A stretch of DNA of 64,000 nt from an uncultured virus (IMG/VR IMGVR_UViG_3300025070_000018) (lineage: Duplodnaviria; Heunggongvirae; Uroviricota; Caudoviricetes), in IMG/VR virus record IMGVR_UViG_3300025070_000018; one strand, written 5' to 3'. Within the stretch, counting starts at the first letter, position 1. Every line of letters begins with the position of its first letter. Shown here one piece after another: positions 9,089 to 18,936 of the stretch. The position numbers were made by a program, and so were the translations under genes. Below the pieces are notes generated by a model. That model saw nothing but the letters and a program-made list of their open reading frames with translations, was not told the origin of the DNA and did not search any database.

Positions 9089-9104
9089 GCTACAAACTTG
9101 TAGT
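9089..9104. promoter_or_regulatory. Palindromic operator upstream of RNAP gene
   Basis: GCTACAAACTTGTAGT. Confidence 0.7.
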
Positions 9105-9165
9105 TATTCAGAAGGTTTTGCAATCTTTGAAAAATAAGGTTGCAAAATTGCGGGAGCAAATAAAA

Positions 9166-11601
9166 ATGGACTATACAAAATACGTAAGAAATAAAGAACT
9201 AGAAGAGGAAATGCAGTTAGTTGGTCTACGGAGATATCAATCAATAGTAAATAATTCAGTACAAAAGGGTCAAGAAAGTACAACTAAATATGGCTTACAG
9301 CTTATCCAGTCGGCTATTGACCCTTTATCAAAAGCAATAGTAGATTTTATTGATAGAGCTTTTGGTGGAGCTAAAGGTAGAAGGCATATATCAGCTAAGT
9401 ATTTACAACTTATACCCGCTGACATTTGTGCATTTATAACTCTTAAATCATTGATGGATAGTATTACACTAGGCCAGACTCTTAACAAAGCATCAATCAG
9501 AATAGGAACAGCTTTAGAAGACCAGTATAGATTTCAAATTTTTTCAAATGAAAAGAGTGGGTTGTTTCGTACATTGATGAAAGACTTACAAGCTAAATCT
9601 AATTACAGATATAAGAAGCGTGTACTTACACATACAATGAATAAGAAAGATATCATGTATGATAATTGGACTAATGTAGACAAGCTACACATAGGTACAA
9701 AGTGTATTGAGTTAGTAATAGAAGCTACAGGACTAATTAAAATAGTAATGAAAAATGAAGGTAGTAAAGGTAGAAGAGACACACCAAAATATGTAGAAGC
9801 AACAGAGAAAACAATGGAGTGGATTACAAATAAAAATGAAAGAAATGAAATACTAAGCCCTGCGTTTACACCTACTATCATACCTCCGAAAGACTGGGTA
9901 CATCCATTTAGAGGTGGTTATCACAGCCCATTAATTAAACCTATACCGTTTGTTAAGGTTAGAAACCGAGGATTTTTAGAAGAAATATCAAACAGGGTTG
10001 GGGATATGCAAACTACATACGAAGCTGTAAATATACTTCAAGCAACACCGTGGAAAGTAGAAAAAAGAACTTATCAAGTATTGGATTATTGTTGGAACTC
10101 TTCAGACAGTATAGGTAAATTACCAACAAGAGAAGACCTACCATTACCACCAAAGCCAGAAGACATAGCAACTAATCTACAAGCAAGAATAGAGTGGAAA
10201 AGAAAAAGTGCAAAAATATATGATTACAATGCAAAGTTAAAATCAAAGAGAATACAAATAGAAAAGGTAAGACAGATAGCTAATAAATATCAGAATGAAC
10301 AAGAAATTTATTTTGTAAAGCAATGTGATTTTCGTGGCAGGATTTATGACGTACCTATGTTTTTAAATCCTAGTGCAAATGATGTAGCTAAAAGTTTATT
10401 AGTATTTGCTCATGGTAAACCTATTGGTAATGAAGAAAGTTTATCTTGGCTTGCCATACATGGAGCAAATTTATATGGCCATGATAAATTAAAATTAGAA
10501 GACCGTGTAGAATTTATAAAACAAAATACAGAAATGATTTGTAATGTAGGTAGTGACCCATTGAATTACAAATGGTGGCAAAAGGCTGATAGCCCGTGGC
10601 AATTTTTAAGTTTTTGTTTTGAGTTTAATGACTTTATAAAAAGTGGAAGTAGTTCTAATTTTATTACACACTTACCAGTAAGTATTGACCATACTAATAG
10701 TGGCGTACAACATTTTAGTGGTATGTTAAAAGATGAGGTTGGTGGTGCAAGTACAAACTTAATACCTAATGATGAGCCTGCTGACATTTACCAAGATGTT
10801 GCAGACTTAGTTATAATTAAACTAAAAAACTCTAGTGATCTGTTAGCCCAACAATGGCTTGAGTTTGGTATTAACAGAAAGACAACAAAGAGAGCTACAA
10901 TGGTAAAACCTTACAGTGGAACAAGACAAAGTTGTAGAGAATATATTGAAGAACATATTGTAGAACGAGAAGAAAAAGGTGAAGCCCATCCTTTTGGAGA
11001 TGATTTATTTAAAGCATCAAATTATTTATCTAAATATGTTTATGAGTCTATCAATGAAACAGTAGTCAAGGCAGACGAATGTATGAAATGGTTACAACAA
11101 GTTAGTAGGTTAGTATCAAATGAAAATTTACCAGTTATCTGGACTACTCCAAATGGTTTTCCAGTGTTCATGGCATACTTTGATATGGAAAGTAAAAGAA
11201 TAAAAACTAAACTTGGAGACTCAACAATTAAACTAACTGTAAATACAGAAACAAAAAAGATTGCGAAGCGAAGGGTAGCTTCAGCTATTAGCCCAAATTA
11301 TATTCATAGCCTTGATGCTAATATGCTTCAAGACGCTGTAGTTCTGGCTAAGAAATATGGTATTGAAAATATATCAACGGTACATGATTGTTTTTCAGTA
11401 TTATCTTGTGATGCTATCAAAATGCACAATGCAATAAGAGAAGCTTTTGTCTCTATGTATTCCAGACCCGTTTTGGAAAATTTTAAAGCAGAGATTGAGA
11501 AGTTACTCAGTGAGAAGAACAAAAAGAAAATACCACCATTACCAGAATACGGTAATCTTGACCTTGAAAAAGTCAAAGACAGTCTTTTCTTTTGTTCATA
11601 A
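9166..11601 (+). CDS. T7-like single-subunit DNA-directed RNA polymerase
   Basis: DFRGRIY, PWQFL, motif A DHTNSGVQH, motif B RKTTKRATMVKPY, PNYIHSLDA, motif C VHDCF; ATG 9166 chosen for its GGGAG RBS. Confidence 0.97.
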   Translation: MDYTKYVRNKELEEEMQLVGLRRYQSIVNNSVQKGQESTTKYGLQLIQSAIDPLSKAIVDFIDRAFGGAKGRRHISAKYLQLIPADICAFITLKSLMDSITLGQTLNKASIRIGTALEDQYRFQIFSNEKSGLFRTLMKDLQAKSNYRYKKRVLTHTMNKKDIMYDNWTNVDKLHIGTKCIELVIEATGLIKIVMKNEGSKGRRDTPKYVEATEKTMEWITNKNERNEILSPAFTPTIIPPKDWVHPFRGGYHSPLIKPIPFVKVRNRGFLEEISNRVGDMQTTYEAVNILQATPWKVEKRTYQVLDYCWNSSDSIGKLPTREDLPLPPKPEDIATNLQARIEWKRKSAKIYDYNAKLKSKRIQIEKVRQIANKYQNEQEIYFVKQCDFRGRIYDVPMFLNPSANDVAKSLLVFAHGKPIGNEESLSWLAIHGANLYGHDKLKLEDRVEFIKQNTEMICNVGSDPLNYKWWQKADSPWQFLSFCFEFNDFIKSGSSSNFITHLPVSIDHTNSGVQHFSGMLKDEVGGASTNLIPNDEPADIYQDVADLVIIKLKNSSDLLAQQWLEFGINRKTTKRATMVKPYSGTRQSCREYIEEHIVEREEKGEAHPFGDDLFKASNYLSKYVYESINETVVKADECMKWLQQVSRLVSNENLPVIWTTPNGFPVFMAYFDMESKRIKTKLGDSTIKLTVNTETKKIAKRRVASAISPNYIHSLDANMLQDAVVLAKKYGIENISTVHDCFSVLSCDAIKMHNAIREAFVSMYSRPVLENFKAEIEKLLSEKNKKKIPPLPEYGNLDLEKVKDSLFFCS

Positions 11602-11602
11602 T

Positions 11603-11640
11603 GCTACGAACTTGTAGCAATTAAGTACCACCTTAAGACA
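11603..11640 (+). promoter_or_regulatory. Operator abutting phage RNAP promoter of the replication operon
   Basis: GCTACGAACTTGTAGC (11603-11618) then AATTAAGTACCACCTTAAGACA (11619-11640). Confidence 0.75.
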
Positions 11641-11657
11641 ACAAGAAGGGATGATAT

Positions 11658-12269
11658 ATGAATGAAAATCTTAAATTAACGTCACCAAAAGGTACGTTTG
11701 TCTATCCCCATTTGAATAAACCAGATACTAAGTTTAATGCAGATGGTGAGTATAAAGTAACTCTATCGCTAACAAGCGAAGAAGCTACGCCTTTATTGAA
11801 AACTTTAGAAGAACAGATAAGTCTATCAAAGTCTGAAGCAGAAGAAAAGGCCAAAGGTAAAAAACTTAAAGTGGCAGACCCACCTTATGTAGTTAATGAG
11901 GAAGACGGTAATTACCATTTTAAATTTAAATTAAAAGCAAGAGTTAAAAGCTCTAAGACAGGTAACGAGTGGGAACAAAAGCCCGCTATATTTGACTCTC
12001 AACTAAAACCTTTTTCACTTGATAAACAAATATGGGGTGGAACACAGGGTAAAATTTCATTTGAGGTTGTTCGTTATTTTGTAGCTACTACTGGAGCAGG
12101 TATCACATTACGAATGAAGGCTGTTCAGATTATTGATTTAGTAGAAGGTAGCGGTGGTGATGGAACTAAACATGGTTTCAACACTGAAGACGGTTATGTT
12201 GGAAATGATGTAACTGATAGCGAACCAGAAAATGAGATGGTTAGTGAGTCGAATGAAGACGATTTCTAA
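11658..12269 (+). CDS. ssDNA-binding protein (T7 gp2.5-like)
   Basis: YPHLNKPD, GITLRMKAVQIIDL, acidic tail ending in F. Confidence 0.9.
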   Translation: MNENLKLTSPKGTFVYPHLNKPDTKFNADGEYKVTLSLTSEEATPLLKTLEEQISLSKSEAEEKAKGKKLKVADPPYVVNEEDGNYHFKFKLKARVKSSKTGNEWEQKPAIFDSQLKPFSLDKQIWGGTQGKISFEVVRYFVATTGAGITLRMKAVQIIDLVEGSGGDGTKHGFNTEDGYVGNDVTDSEPENEMVSESNEDDF

Positions 12270-12663
12270 ATATAGATTTCGTAGTGGTCTTGAGGTAGAT
12301 ATTTCTAAATTTTTAGAAGAGAATAAAGTTAAATATGATTATGAAACTTTAACTATTAACTATCTCAAGCCACAACAAAAATCATATTACAGACCAGATT
12401 TTATATTGGATAATGGAATTATAATTGAAGCTAAGGGTTTGTTTTCTAGTGCCGATAGAAAGAAACATAAAATTATAAAAAACCAGTTCGGTGATGAGTA
12501 CGATATTCGTTTCGTATTTTCTAATTCTAAAAACAGAATTGGTAAAAAAAGTAAAACAACTTACGCAAAGTGGTGTGATTTATTTGGGTTTAAATGGCAC
12601 TGTATAAGAACAACAGGGGAATACATACCAAGGGAGTGGTTAAAAGAAAATGGCAAGAGATAA
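12232..12663 (+). CDS. Endonuclease I / Holliday junction resolvase (T7 gp3-like)
   Basis: FRSGLE, YRPDF, IIEAKG, DIRFVF; real start may be 12253. Confidence 0.92.
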   Translation: MRWLVSRMKTISKYRFRSGLEVDISKFLEENKVKYDYETLTINYLKPQQKSYYRPDFILDNGIIIEAKGLFSSADRKKHKIIKNQFGDEYDIRFVFSNSKNRIGKKSKTTYAKWCDLFGFKWHCIRTTGEYIPREWLKENGKR

Positions 12664-13075
12664 AACAGAATATATATTTATTCATTGTTCAGCGACAAGA
12701 CCTTCAATGGATTGGGTCAATGCAGATGAAATAGATAAATGGCATAGGGCTAGAGGATTTTTTAAGATTGGTTATACCTTTGTTATTACCCGTGATGGTA
12801 CTTTAGAAAAGGGTAGAGATTTATATGAACCTACAGCTAGTCAAAGAGGTTACAATCATAACTCAATTTCAATTTGTATGGTTGGTGGTGTAACAGAAGA
12901 TGACATACACAAAGCTGAAAATAACTACACACCAGAGCAATGGTCACAGTTAAAAGATTTATTAACGGAAATGAAAGAAGAATTTCCCAAAGCAAAAATA
13001 GTTGGTCACAATGAATTTAGTTCAAAAGAGTGTCCAAGTTTTGACGTTCAGAAATACGTAAAAGAGAATTTTTAG
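12650..13075 (+). CDS. N-acetylmuramoyl-L-alanine amidase (T7 gp3.5 lysozyme-like)
   Basis: IHCSAT, GHNE, KECPSF zinc ligands. Confidence 0.92.
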   Translation: MARDKTEYIFIHCSATRPSMDWVNADEIDKWHRARGFFKIGYTFVITRDGTLEKGRDLYEPTASQRGYNHNSISICMVGGVTEDDIHKAENNYTPEQWSQLKDLLTEMKEEFPKAKIVGHNEFSSKECPSFDVQKYVKENF

Positions 13076-13094
13076 ATACATTTAAGGAGGTAAT

Positions 13095-14684
13095 ATGTTA
13101 GCTGAAGAACAATCACAATTTATAAAACATGAGAGTTGTCCAAAGTGTGGGAGTAAGGATAATCTAGCTAGATACAGTGACCATGCTTATTGTTTTTCAG
13201 ATGGATGTGGTTACTACGAAAAAGGTGGTGAAGTTGTTCAGTTACCTAAAGCACCTACAAATCCAAAATTAATTAAAGGTGAATATAAAGATTTAATTAA
13301 AAGAAAAATTAGTGAAGAGACTTGTAAAAAGTTTGGTTACAGTGTTGGTGAATACCAAGGCAAGTTAGTACAAATAGCACCATACTTTAATAGTAAATAT
13401 GAATTAGTTGCTCAACACATACGATATCCAAACAAAGAATTTAAATGGATAGGTGATACAAAAAATTTACAATTTTATGGTCAAAATTTATTTAGAGATA
13501 CAGGAAAACTTTTAGTTATTTGTGAAGGTGAAATTGATGCAATGACTGTAAGCCAGTATTGTTTTAATAATAAATATCCAGTTGTATCAATACCAAGTGG
13601 TGTAGCTTCAGCGAAGAAAACAGTATCACAAAACATAGAATGGTTAGAAGGTTTTGATAATGTTGTTTTTTGTTTTGACAATGATGATGTAGGTAAAAAA
13701 GCTTCTATTCAATGTGCGTCTTTACTTAGCCCAAGTAAAAGTAAAGTTGCAGTCTTACCATTAAAAGACCCAAATGAAATGGTACTAGCAGGTAAGACAA
13801 AAGAACTGACAGATGCTATTTGGGGTTCTAAAGTTTACAGGCCAGATGGTATAGTTAGTGGTGAAGATTTATGGGATATACTTATTGAAGATACTGGTGA
13901 TAGTGATGCTGTATATCCTTTCAATGGTTTAAATGAAATTACACAAGGTATACGTAAGGGTGAAATAATTACACTATGTGCAGGTACAGGTATTGGTAAG
14001 AGTCAAGTATGTAGAGAGATTGCATACCATTTAATATCAAAAGAAAATAGAGTTGGATATATTGCATTAGAAGAAAGCGTACAAAGAAGTATAAGAGGTT
14101 TAGTTTCTATTGGTGTGAATACACCGTTACATTTACAGACAGAAAGAAAAAAAGTACCGTTAGATAATCTTAAAAAGGTTTGGTCAGATATAAAATCAAA
14201 ATGTTTTTTCTATGACCATTGGGGTAGCTTAGACTCAGACAATTTATTTAGTAGAATTAAATACTTAGCAGTTGGTTGTAAGTGTGATTACATAGTCTTA
14301 GACCATTTAAGTATTGTTGTAAGTGGAATATCTGAAGGTGATGAACGTAGAACTTTAGATAATTTAATGACTACGTTACGTAAACTTACAGAACAATTAA
14401 AAGTTGGATTAATATTAATATCACATTTGAAAAGACCAGAGGGTAATAAATCACACGAAGAAAATTTAATACCAACAATCTCACAACTTAGAGGTAGTCA
14501 AAGTATTGCTCAACTTAGCGATATAATTTTAGGTTTATCTAGGAACAGTTCAGCAGGTGATAATAATTGTGAAATAAGAGTTTTGAAAAATAGATTCACA
14601 GGTGAAACAGGATTAGCCACAACATTAAATTACAACAAAGATACAGGAAGATTATTTGAGGTAGAAAACTATGAGCAAATTTGA
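13095..14684 (+). CDS. Primase-helicase (T7 gp4-like)
   Basis: CPKC zinc finger, EGEIDA and FDNDDVG TOPRIM motifs, AGTGIGKS, LDHLSI, LRGS, KNRFTG. Confidence 0.96.
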   Translation: MLAEEQSQFIKHESCPKCGSKDNLARYSDHAYCFSDGCGYYEKGGEVVQLPKAPTNPKLIKGEYKDLIKRKISEETCKKFGYSVGEYQGKLVQIAPYFNSKYELVAQHIRYPNKEFKWIGDTKNLQFYGQNLFRDTGKLLVICEGEIDAMTVSQYCFNNKYPVVSIPSGVASAKKTVSQNIEWLEGFDNVVFCFDNDDVGKKASIQCASLLSPSKSKVAVLPLKDPNEMVLAGKTKELTDAIWGSKVYRPDGIVSGEDLWDILIEDTGDSDAVYPFNGLNEITQGIRKGEIITLCAGTGIGKSQVCREIAYHLISKENRVGYIALEESVQRSIRGLVSIGVNTPLHLQTERKKVPLDNLKKVWSDIKSKCFFYDHWGSLDSDNLFSRIKYLAVGCKCDYIVLDHLSIVVSGISEGDERRTLDNLMTTLRKLTEQLKVGLILISHLKRPEGNKSHEENLIPTISQLRGSQSIAQLSDIILGLSRNSSAGDNNCEIRVLKNRFTGETGLATTLNYNKDTGRLFEVENYEQI

Positions 14685-14958
14685 TGAAAATGAAGTAGAT
14701 AAATTAGCTATAGTTATACTTAGTTATTTAGAAACAAGTGAAAAATTTTCTAATATGACACCAAATGAAAAATCAAAAGTCTTTGAGGTATATCAAGAAA
14801 TATTAGATTGTATTTACAAATGTATTAAACACGAAAATGTTTATCCAATATTATTAGTACAAGATTATGAAGTATCAGTAGCAGTTAAAAATTTAATAGA
14901 AGAAACAAAAGAACTTATACCTGCATTATCTAGAATAACTGTAAGGACAGTATCTTGA
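14671..14958 (+). CDS. Hypothetical protein
   Basis: GAGG RBS, overlapping neighbours. Confidence 0.6.
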   Translation: MSKFDENEVDKLAIVILSYLETSEKFSNMTPNEKSKVFEVYQEILDCIYKCIKHENVYPILLVQDYEVSVAVKNLIEETKELIPALSRITVRTVS

Positions 14959-16718
14959 AATTAGTTTTTGATATTGAAACCAATGGTTTCTTAGAAAACA
15001 TGGACAAGATATTTAGTCTAGTTATCCACAATGTAGAGACAAAAGAATTATCTAGTTATAACTACAAAGAAATAGAAATAGGTCTAGAGCATTTATTACA
15101 AGCTGATGAAATAATAGGCCATAACATTATGCAGTTTGATATACCTGCAATACAAAAAATTTATCCTAAGTTTGTTTTTAAGAAAAAAATTTTTGATACA
15201 TTAATTGCATCAAGATTAATATGGTCAGACTTAAAAGAAATAGATTATAAAAAAAGAACTGTTCCAAATAAATCTATAGGTTCACACAGTTTAAAAGCAT
15301 GGGGTTATAGAATTGGAGACCACAAAGATGAGTTTGGTGAAACTACCGATTGGAGTGAGTGGTCACAAGAAATGCAAGATTATTGTGAGCAAGATGTAAA
15401 ACTTACAAGCAAGCTATATGATTTAATTATTAGTAAAAATTATAGTGAACAGTCTTTAGAATTAGAACATGAATTTGCTGAATGTATTCGTAAGCAAGAA
15501 CGATTAGGATTTTGTTTTGATATACAAAAAGCAAAAGAACTTCATACACAATTAAATACTAAAAGAGTTGAATTATTAGATGAACTACAAAAGATATTTC
15601 CACCTTGGAAAAAAGTTGTAGGTGTACTGATACCAAAAAGAGATAACAAAACTAAAGGTTATACAAAAGGTGTACCAGTAAAAAAGATAAAAGAGATTAT
15701 GTTTAATGCAGGTAGTAGAGACCACATTGCAGACAGACTAATGACGTTAAAAGGTTGGAAGCCAACAGAGTTTACACCAGATGGTAAACCAAAAGTAGAT
15801 GAGAAAGTTTTAGAAAAATTACAATATCCAGAAGCAGAATTATTATCTGAATATTTACTAATACAAAAAAGATTAGGAATGTTAGCAGAGGGTGACAATG
15901 CTTGGATAAAATTAGAAAGAAGAGGTAAAATTTATGGGAAAGTTATTACTAATGGAACGGCTACAGGAAGGTGTACGCATCATAATCCAAACATTGGTCA
16001 AGTGTGTAGTGCAAGTGCCAAATATGGTAAAGAGTTTCGTAGTCTTTTTACTGTACCTAGTGGTTATAAGTTGGTGGGTTGTGATGTTAGTGGCTTGGAA
16101 TTGCGTTGTCTATCTTCTTATCTTGTTAGATGGGATTCTGGAGCTTATCGAAAAGAACTCTTGGAAGGAGATATACATACAGCTAACCAAATGGCTTCGG
16201 GAGTTCCGACAAGAGACAAGGCAAAAACTTTTATTTATGCGTTCTTATATGGGGCGGGAGATAAAAAGATTGGTGAGATTGTCAAAGGAACAGCTAAAGA
16301 AGGTAAGATTCTTAAACAAACTTTTTTAAGTAAAACACCTGCAATAAAAAAATTAAGAGAAACAGTAATACAAAATTTTAAACAACGAGGGTTTTTATAT
16401 GCCATAGACAGGAGACGTATTCATCCTAGAAGTGAGCATAGTGCTTTAAACTTTCTACTACAATCTTGTGGTAGCATAATAGTTAAAAAAGCAACAATCT
16501 TGTTACACAAAAATCTATCCCATTTAAAATATGGTGAAGATTGGGGAATGGTAGCACACATACATGACGAGATGCAACTTCAAGTAAAGGAGCATTTAGC
16601 GGAGGAGGTAGGAAAGGTAGCAGTGGACAGCATCAAACAAACTCAAAACTATTTTAAATTTAATTGTGAATTAGATGGTGAATATAAAATAGGTAACAAC
16701 TGGGCTGAGACACATTAA
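14955..16718 (+). CDS. Family A DNA polymerase (T7 gp5-like, Tyr at 762-equivalent)
   Basis: DIETNG, HNIMQFD and YCEQD exonuclease motifs; DVSGLELR, KTFIYAFLYG and HDEMQ polymerase motifs; TTG start. Confidence 0.96.
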   Translation: MKLVFDIETNGFLENMDKIFSLVIHNVETKELSSYNYKEIEIGLEHLLQADEIIGHNIMQFDIPAIQKIYPKFVFKKKIFDTLIASRLIWSDLKEIDYKKRTVPNKSIGSHSLKAWGYRIGDHKDEFGETTDWSEWSQEMQDYCEQDVKLTSKLYDLIISKNYSEQSLELEHEFAECIRKQERLGFCFDIQKAKELHTQLNTKRVELLDELQKIFPPWKKVVGVLIPKRDNKTKGYTKGVPVKKIKEIMFNAGSRDHIADRLMTLKGWKPTEFTPDGKPKVDEKVLEKLQYPEAELLSEYLLIQKRLGMLAEGDNAWIKLERRGKIYGKVITNGTATGRCTHHNPNIGQVCSASAKYGKEFRSLFTVPSGYKLVGCDVSGLELRCLSSYLVRWDSGAYRKELLEGDIHTANQMASGVPTRDKAKTFIYAFLYGAGDKKIGEIVKGTAKEGKILKQTFLSKTPAIKKLRETVIQNFKQRGFLYAIDRRRIHPRSEHSALNFLLQSCGSIIVKKATILLHKNLSHLKYGEDWGMVAHIHDEMQLQVKEHLAEEVGKVAVDSIKQTQNYFKFNCELDGEYKIGNNWAETH

Positions 16719-16725
16719 TGGATAA

Positions 16726-17100
16726 ATGGCTAAATATAATAATGATAAGAAATTTGACATAGATTTAAAATATGGAAAAGTTCGTGAAAAAAGATTAGCT
16801 AAAATATTAGAAGAGAAGAAAATAGAAGTAAAAACAGAAAGAGATTGGTGGAGAAAAACAGGTAACATAGCAATAGAAATAGAAAGCTATGGTAAACCAA
16901 GTGGTCTCAAATCTACTAAAGCTGATTACTGGGTACATATACTTGCAGACGGAAGAAAAGATTATTGTATTCTTTTGTTTGATGTACCGACACTTAAAAA
17001 ACTAGCAAGAAAACATAAAAAGAATTGGAAGATGATGGGAGATAACAGAGCAAGCAAGTGTATTTTAATACCATTAAAGGAGATGTTTAATGAAAAATAA
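16726..17100 (+). CDS. PD-(D/E)xK-like phage protein
   Basis: IEVKTE...GNIAIE...KPSGL..TKADYW pattern. Confidence 0.55.
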   Translation: MAKYNNDKKFDIDLKYGKVREKRLAKILEEKKIEVKTERDWWRKTGNIAIEIESYGKPSGLKSTKADYWVHILADGRKDYCILLFDVPTLKKLARKHKKNWKMMGDNRASKCILIPLKEMFNEK

Positions 17101-17419
17101 ATTACCAGAATTTGTTACAGTAGGTGCGTTTACGGTAGAAATAATTTTGATACCACATGAATTAAGCTACGAAGTATCAGAACAGCAAGGCTCGTTTGTA
17201 GTTAAACCACCCTATAAAATTTATTTTGATGAAGACATCATAGAACAAGGCGGTGCTGATGCTGTCAATTTAGTAATACACGAATTTCTACATCTTGGTT
17301 TTTACCAATACATGTTGAAAGACAAAGACGAAGAAACAATAGTGAATAGCTATGGTAACTTTTTAACAGAATTACTTACAAGGTCTGAATTAAAAAGTTG
17401 GATTAAACATAATATATAA
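17090..17419 (+). CDS. Small HExxH (zincin-like) protein
   Basis: IHEFLH...DEETIV. Confidence 0.55.
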   Translation: MKNKLPEFVTVGAFTVEIILIPHELSYEVSEQQGSFVVKPPYKIYFDEDIIEQGGADAVNLVIHEFLHLGFYQYMLKDKDEETIVNSYGNFLTELLTRSELKSWIKHNI

Positions 17420-17428
17420 GGGGAATAA

Positions 17429-18184
17429 ATGACAACAATATTAATAGATGGTGATTTACTTATTTATAAGAGTGCCATATCTTGTGAAGTTCCTACACAA
17501 TGGGAAGATAATTTATGGACTCTTCATGCTGATGGTAAACAAGGTATAAGTAAATTAAAAAACGAAATAGATTATTTAGTTGATAAGTTAAAAGCTGATA
17601 AAGTTATTATGGCTTTATCTTCAAAAAATAACTTTAGAAAAACTGTTTCACCGACATATAAATCAAACAGAAAGAAAACTAGAAAACCTATAATATATAA
17701 AAATTTATTAGAATGGGCTGATAATAACTATGAGTGCTTTCAACATGAAGGGTTAGAAGGTGATGATGTCATGGGTATATTAGCAACAAGTGGTGAAATA
17801 AAAGATGATTTAATATTAGTATCGTCTGATAAAGATATGAAAACTATACCTGCTAATCACATTGGATTAGACGAAGATGATAAGGTAAGTTCTATAACAC
17901 CTAAAGAAGCTGATTACTGGTTTATGATGCAAACATTAACTGGTGATAGTACAGATGGTTATTCTGGTTGTCCAAAGATAGGCCAAGTATCAGCACAAAG
18001 AATACTAGCTGACGTTAAACATGACATTAATTTAATGTGGGAGAAGGTAGTTGATACATTTAAAAAAGCAAAACTAACAGAAGAAGACGCATTAATACAG
18101 TCAAGATTAGCAAGAATATTACGTAAACAAGACTGGGATGAAGTAAATAAAAAACCAATACTATGGAGACCAATAAATGTATGA
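17429..18184 (+). CDS. 5'-3' exonuclease (T7 gp6-like)
   Basis: IDGD, YKSNR, EGDDVMG, DKDM, GDSTDGYSG motifs. Confidence 0.93.
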   Translation: MTTILIDGDLLIYKSAISCEVPTQWEDNLWTLHADGKQGISKLKNEIDYLVDKLKADKVIMALSSKNNFRKTVSPTYKSNRKKTRKPIIYKNLLEWADNNYECFQHEGLEGDDVMGILATSGEIKDDLILVSSDKDMKTIPANHIGLDEDDKVSSITPKEADYWFMMQTLTGDSTDGYSGCPKIGQVSAQRILADVKHDINLMWEKVVDTFKKAKLTEEDALIQSRLARILRKQDWDEVNKKPILWRPINV

Positions 18185-18488
18185 CAGAGCAGAAATATTA
18201 AAAATAGCACTAAAATTAGTTACAGGTAACAGGCAAGAACAGAATGGTAGTATAGATAAAAACCATGAAAACATTGCACGATTATGGACTTCTTATTTAC
18301 AAAACGAAGGGTTAATAAGTAAAGAAAATAACTTAACATCTCTTAATGTAGCTATACTTATGTGTCTTTTGAAGATAGCTAGAAGTCAAGCAGGTGAATA
18401 TAATCCAGATGATTATGTAGATTTATGTGGTTATGGCAGTATTGCAGGACAAATAGCAGACCAAAATAATCCAGATAATGATGTTTAA
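18177..18488 (+). CDS. DUF6378-like phage protein
   Basis: IARLW...LLKIAR...DDYVDLCGY. Confidence 0.65.
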   Translation: MYDRAEILKIALKLVTGNRQEQNGSIDKNHENIARLWTSYLQNEGLISKENNLTSLNVAILMCLLKIARSQAGEYNPDDYVDLCGYGSIAGQIADQNNPDNDV

Positions 18489-18504
18489 GTGACACTTTTA
18501 GAGA
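18483..18504 (+). promoter_or_regulatory. Phage RNAP late promoter
   Basis: GTTTAAGTGACACTTTTAGAGA; aligns with 3100 and 11619 copies and resembles SP6 ATTTAGGTGACACTATAGA; precedes structural operon. Confidence 0.7.
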
Positions 18505-18505
18505 T

Positions 18506-18706
18506 ATGTCAGTTGATACAAATAAAAATTTACCTAATTTATCCAAAGATTTAGTCGAAGAATTAGATAGATTGTTTCCAGAAAAATCAGCAACATTAGA
18601 TTTTGATACTAAAGAATTGTATTTCAAAGGCGGACAAAGAAGTGTTGTTCGTTATTTAAAAGAACAATTTGATAGACAAAATGAAACAATATTGAAAGGA
18701 GAATAG
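18506..18706 (+). CDS. Conserved small protein preceding structural genes
   Basis: LDRLFP...GQRSVV pattern. Confidence 0.6.
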   Translation: MSVDTNKNLPNLSKDLVEELDRLFPEKSATLDFDTKELYFKGGQRSVVRYLKEQFDRQNETILKGE

Positions 18707-18709
18707 CTT

Positions 18710-18934
18710 ATGTGTTTTGGAGGTAGAAGTTCACCCCCACCTAAGCCACAGCCAGTAACACCCACACCACCACCAGTAGCAGAAAATAAACAATCAACAC
18801 CTGCTCCAGTGGACTACAATCAAAATAAAGTAGGGTCAATGGGAGACGAAGTAGGCAGTAAGAAAAAAGGAAAGAAAAGTTTAATTATTCCTTTAGGTGG
18901 CTCAAATAGTGGCGGTACTGGATTACAAGTTTAA
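18710..18934 (+). CDS. Small virion/tail assembly protein (gp6.7/7.3-like)
   Basis: MCFG start, Pro-rich, GKKSLIIP; before portal. Confidence 0.6.
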   Translation: MCFGGRSSPPPKPQPVTPTPPPVAENKQSTPAPVDYNQNKVGSMGDEVGSKKKGKKSLIIPLGGSNSGGTGLQV

Positions 18935-18936
18935 TC

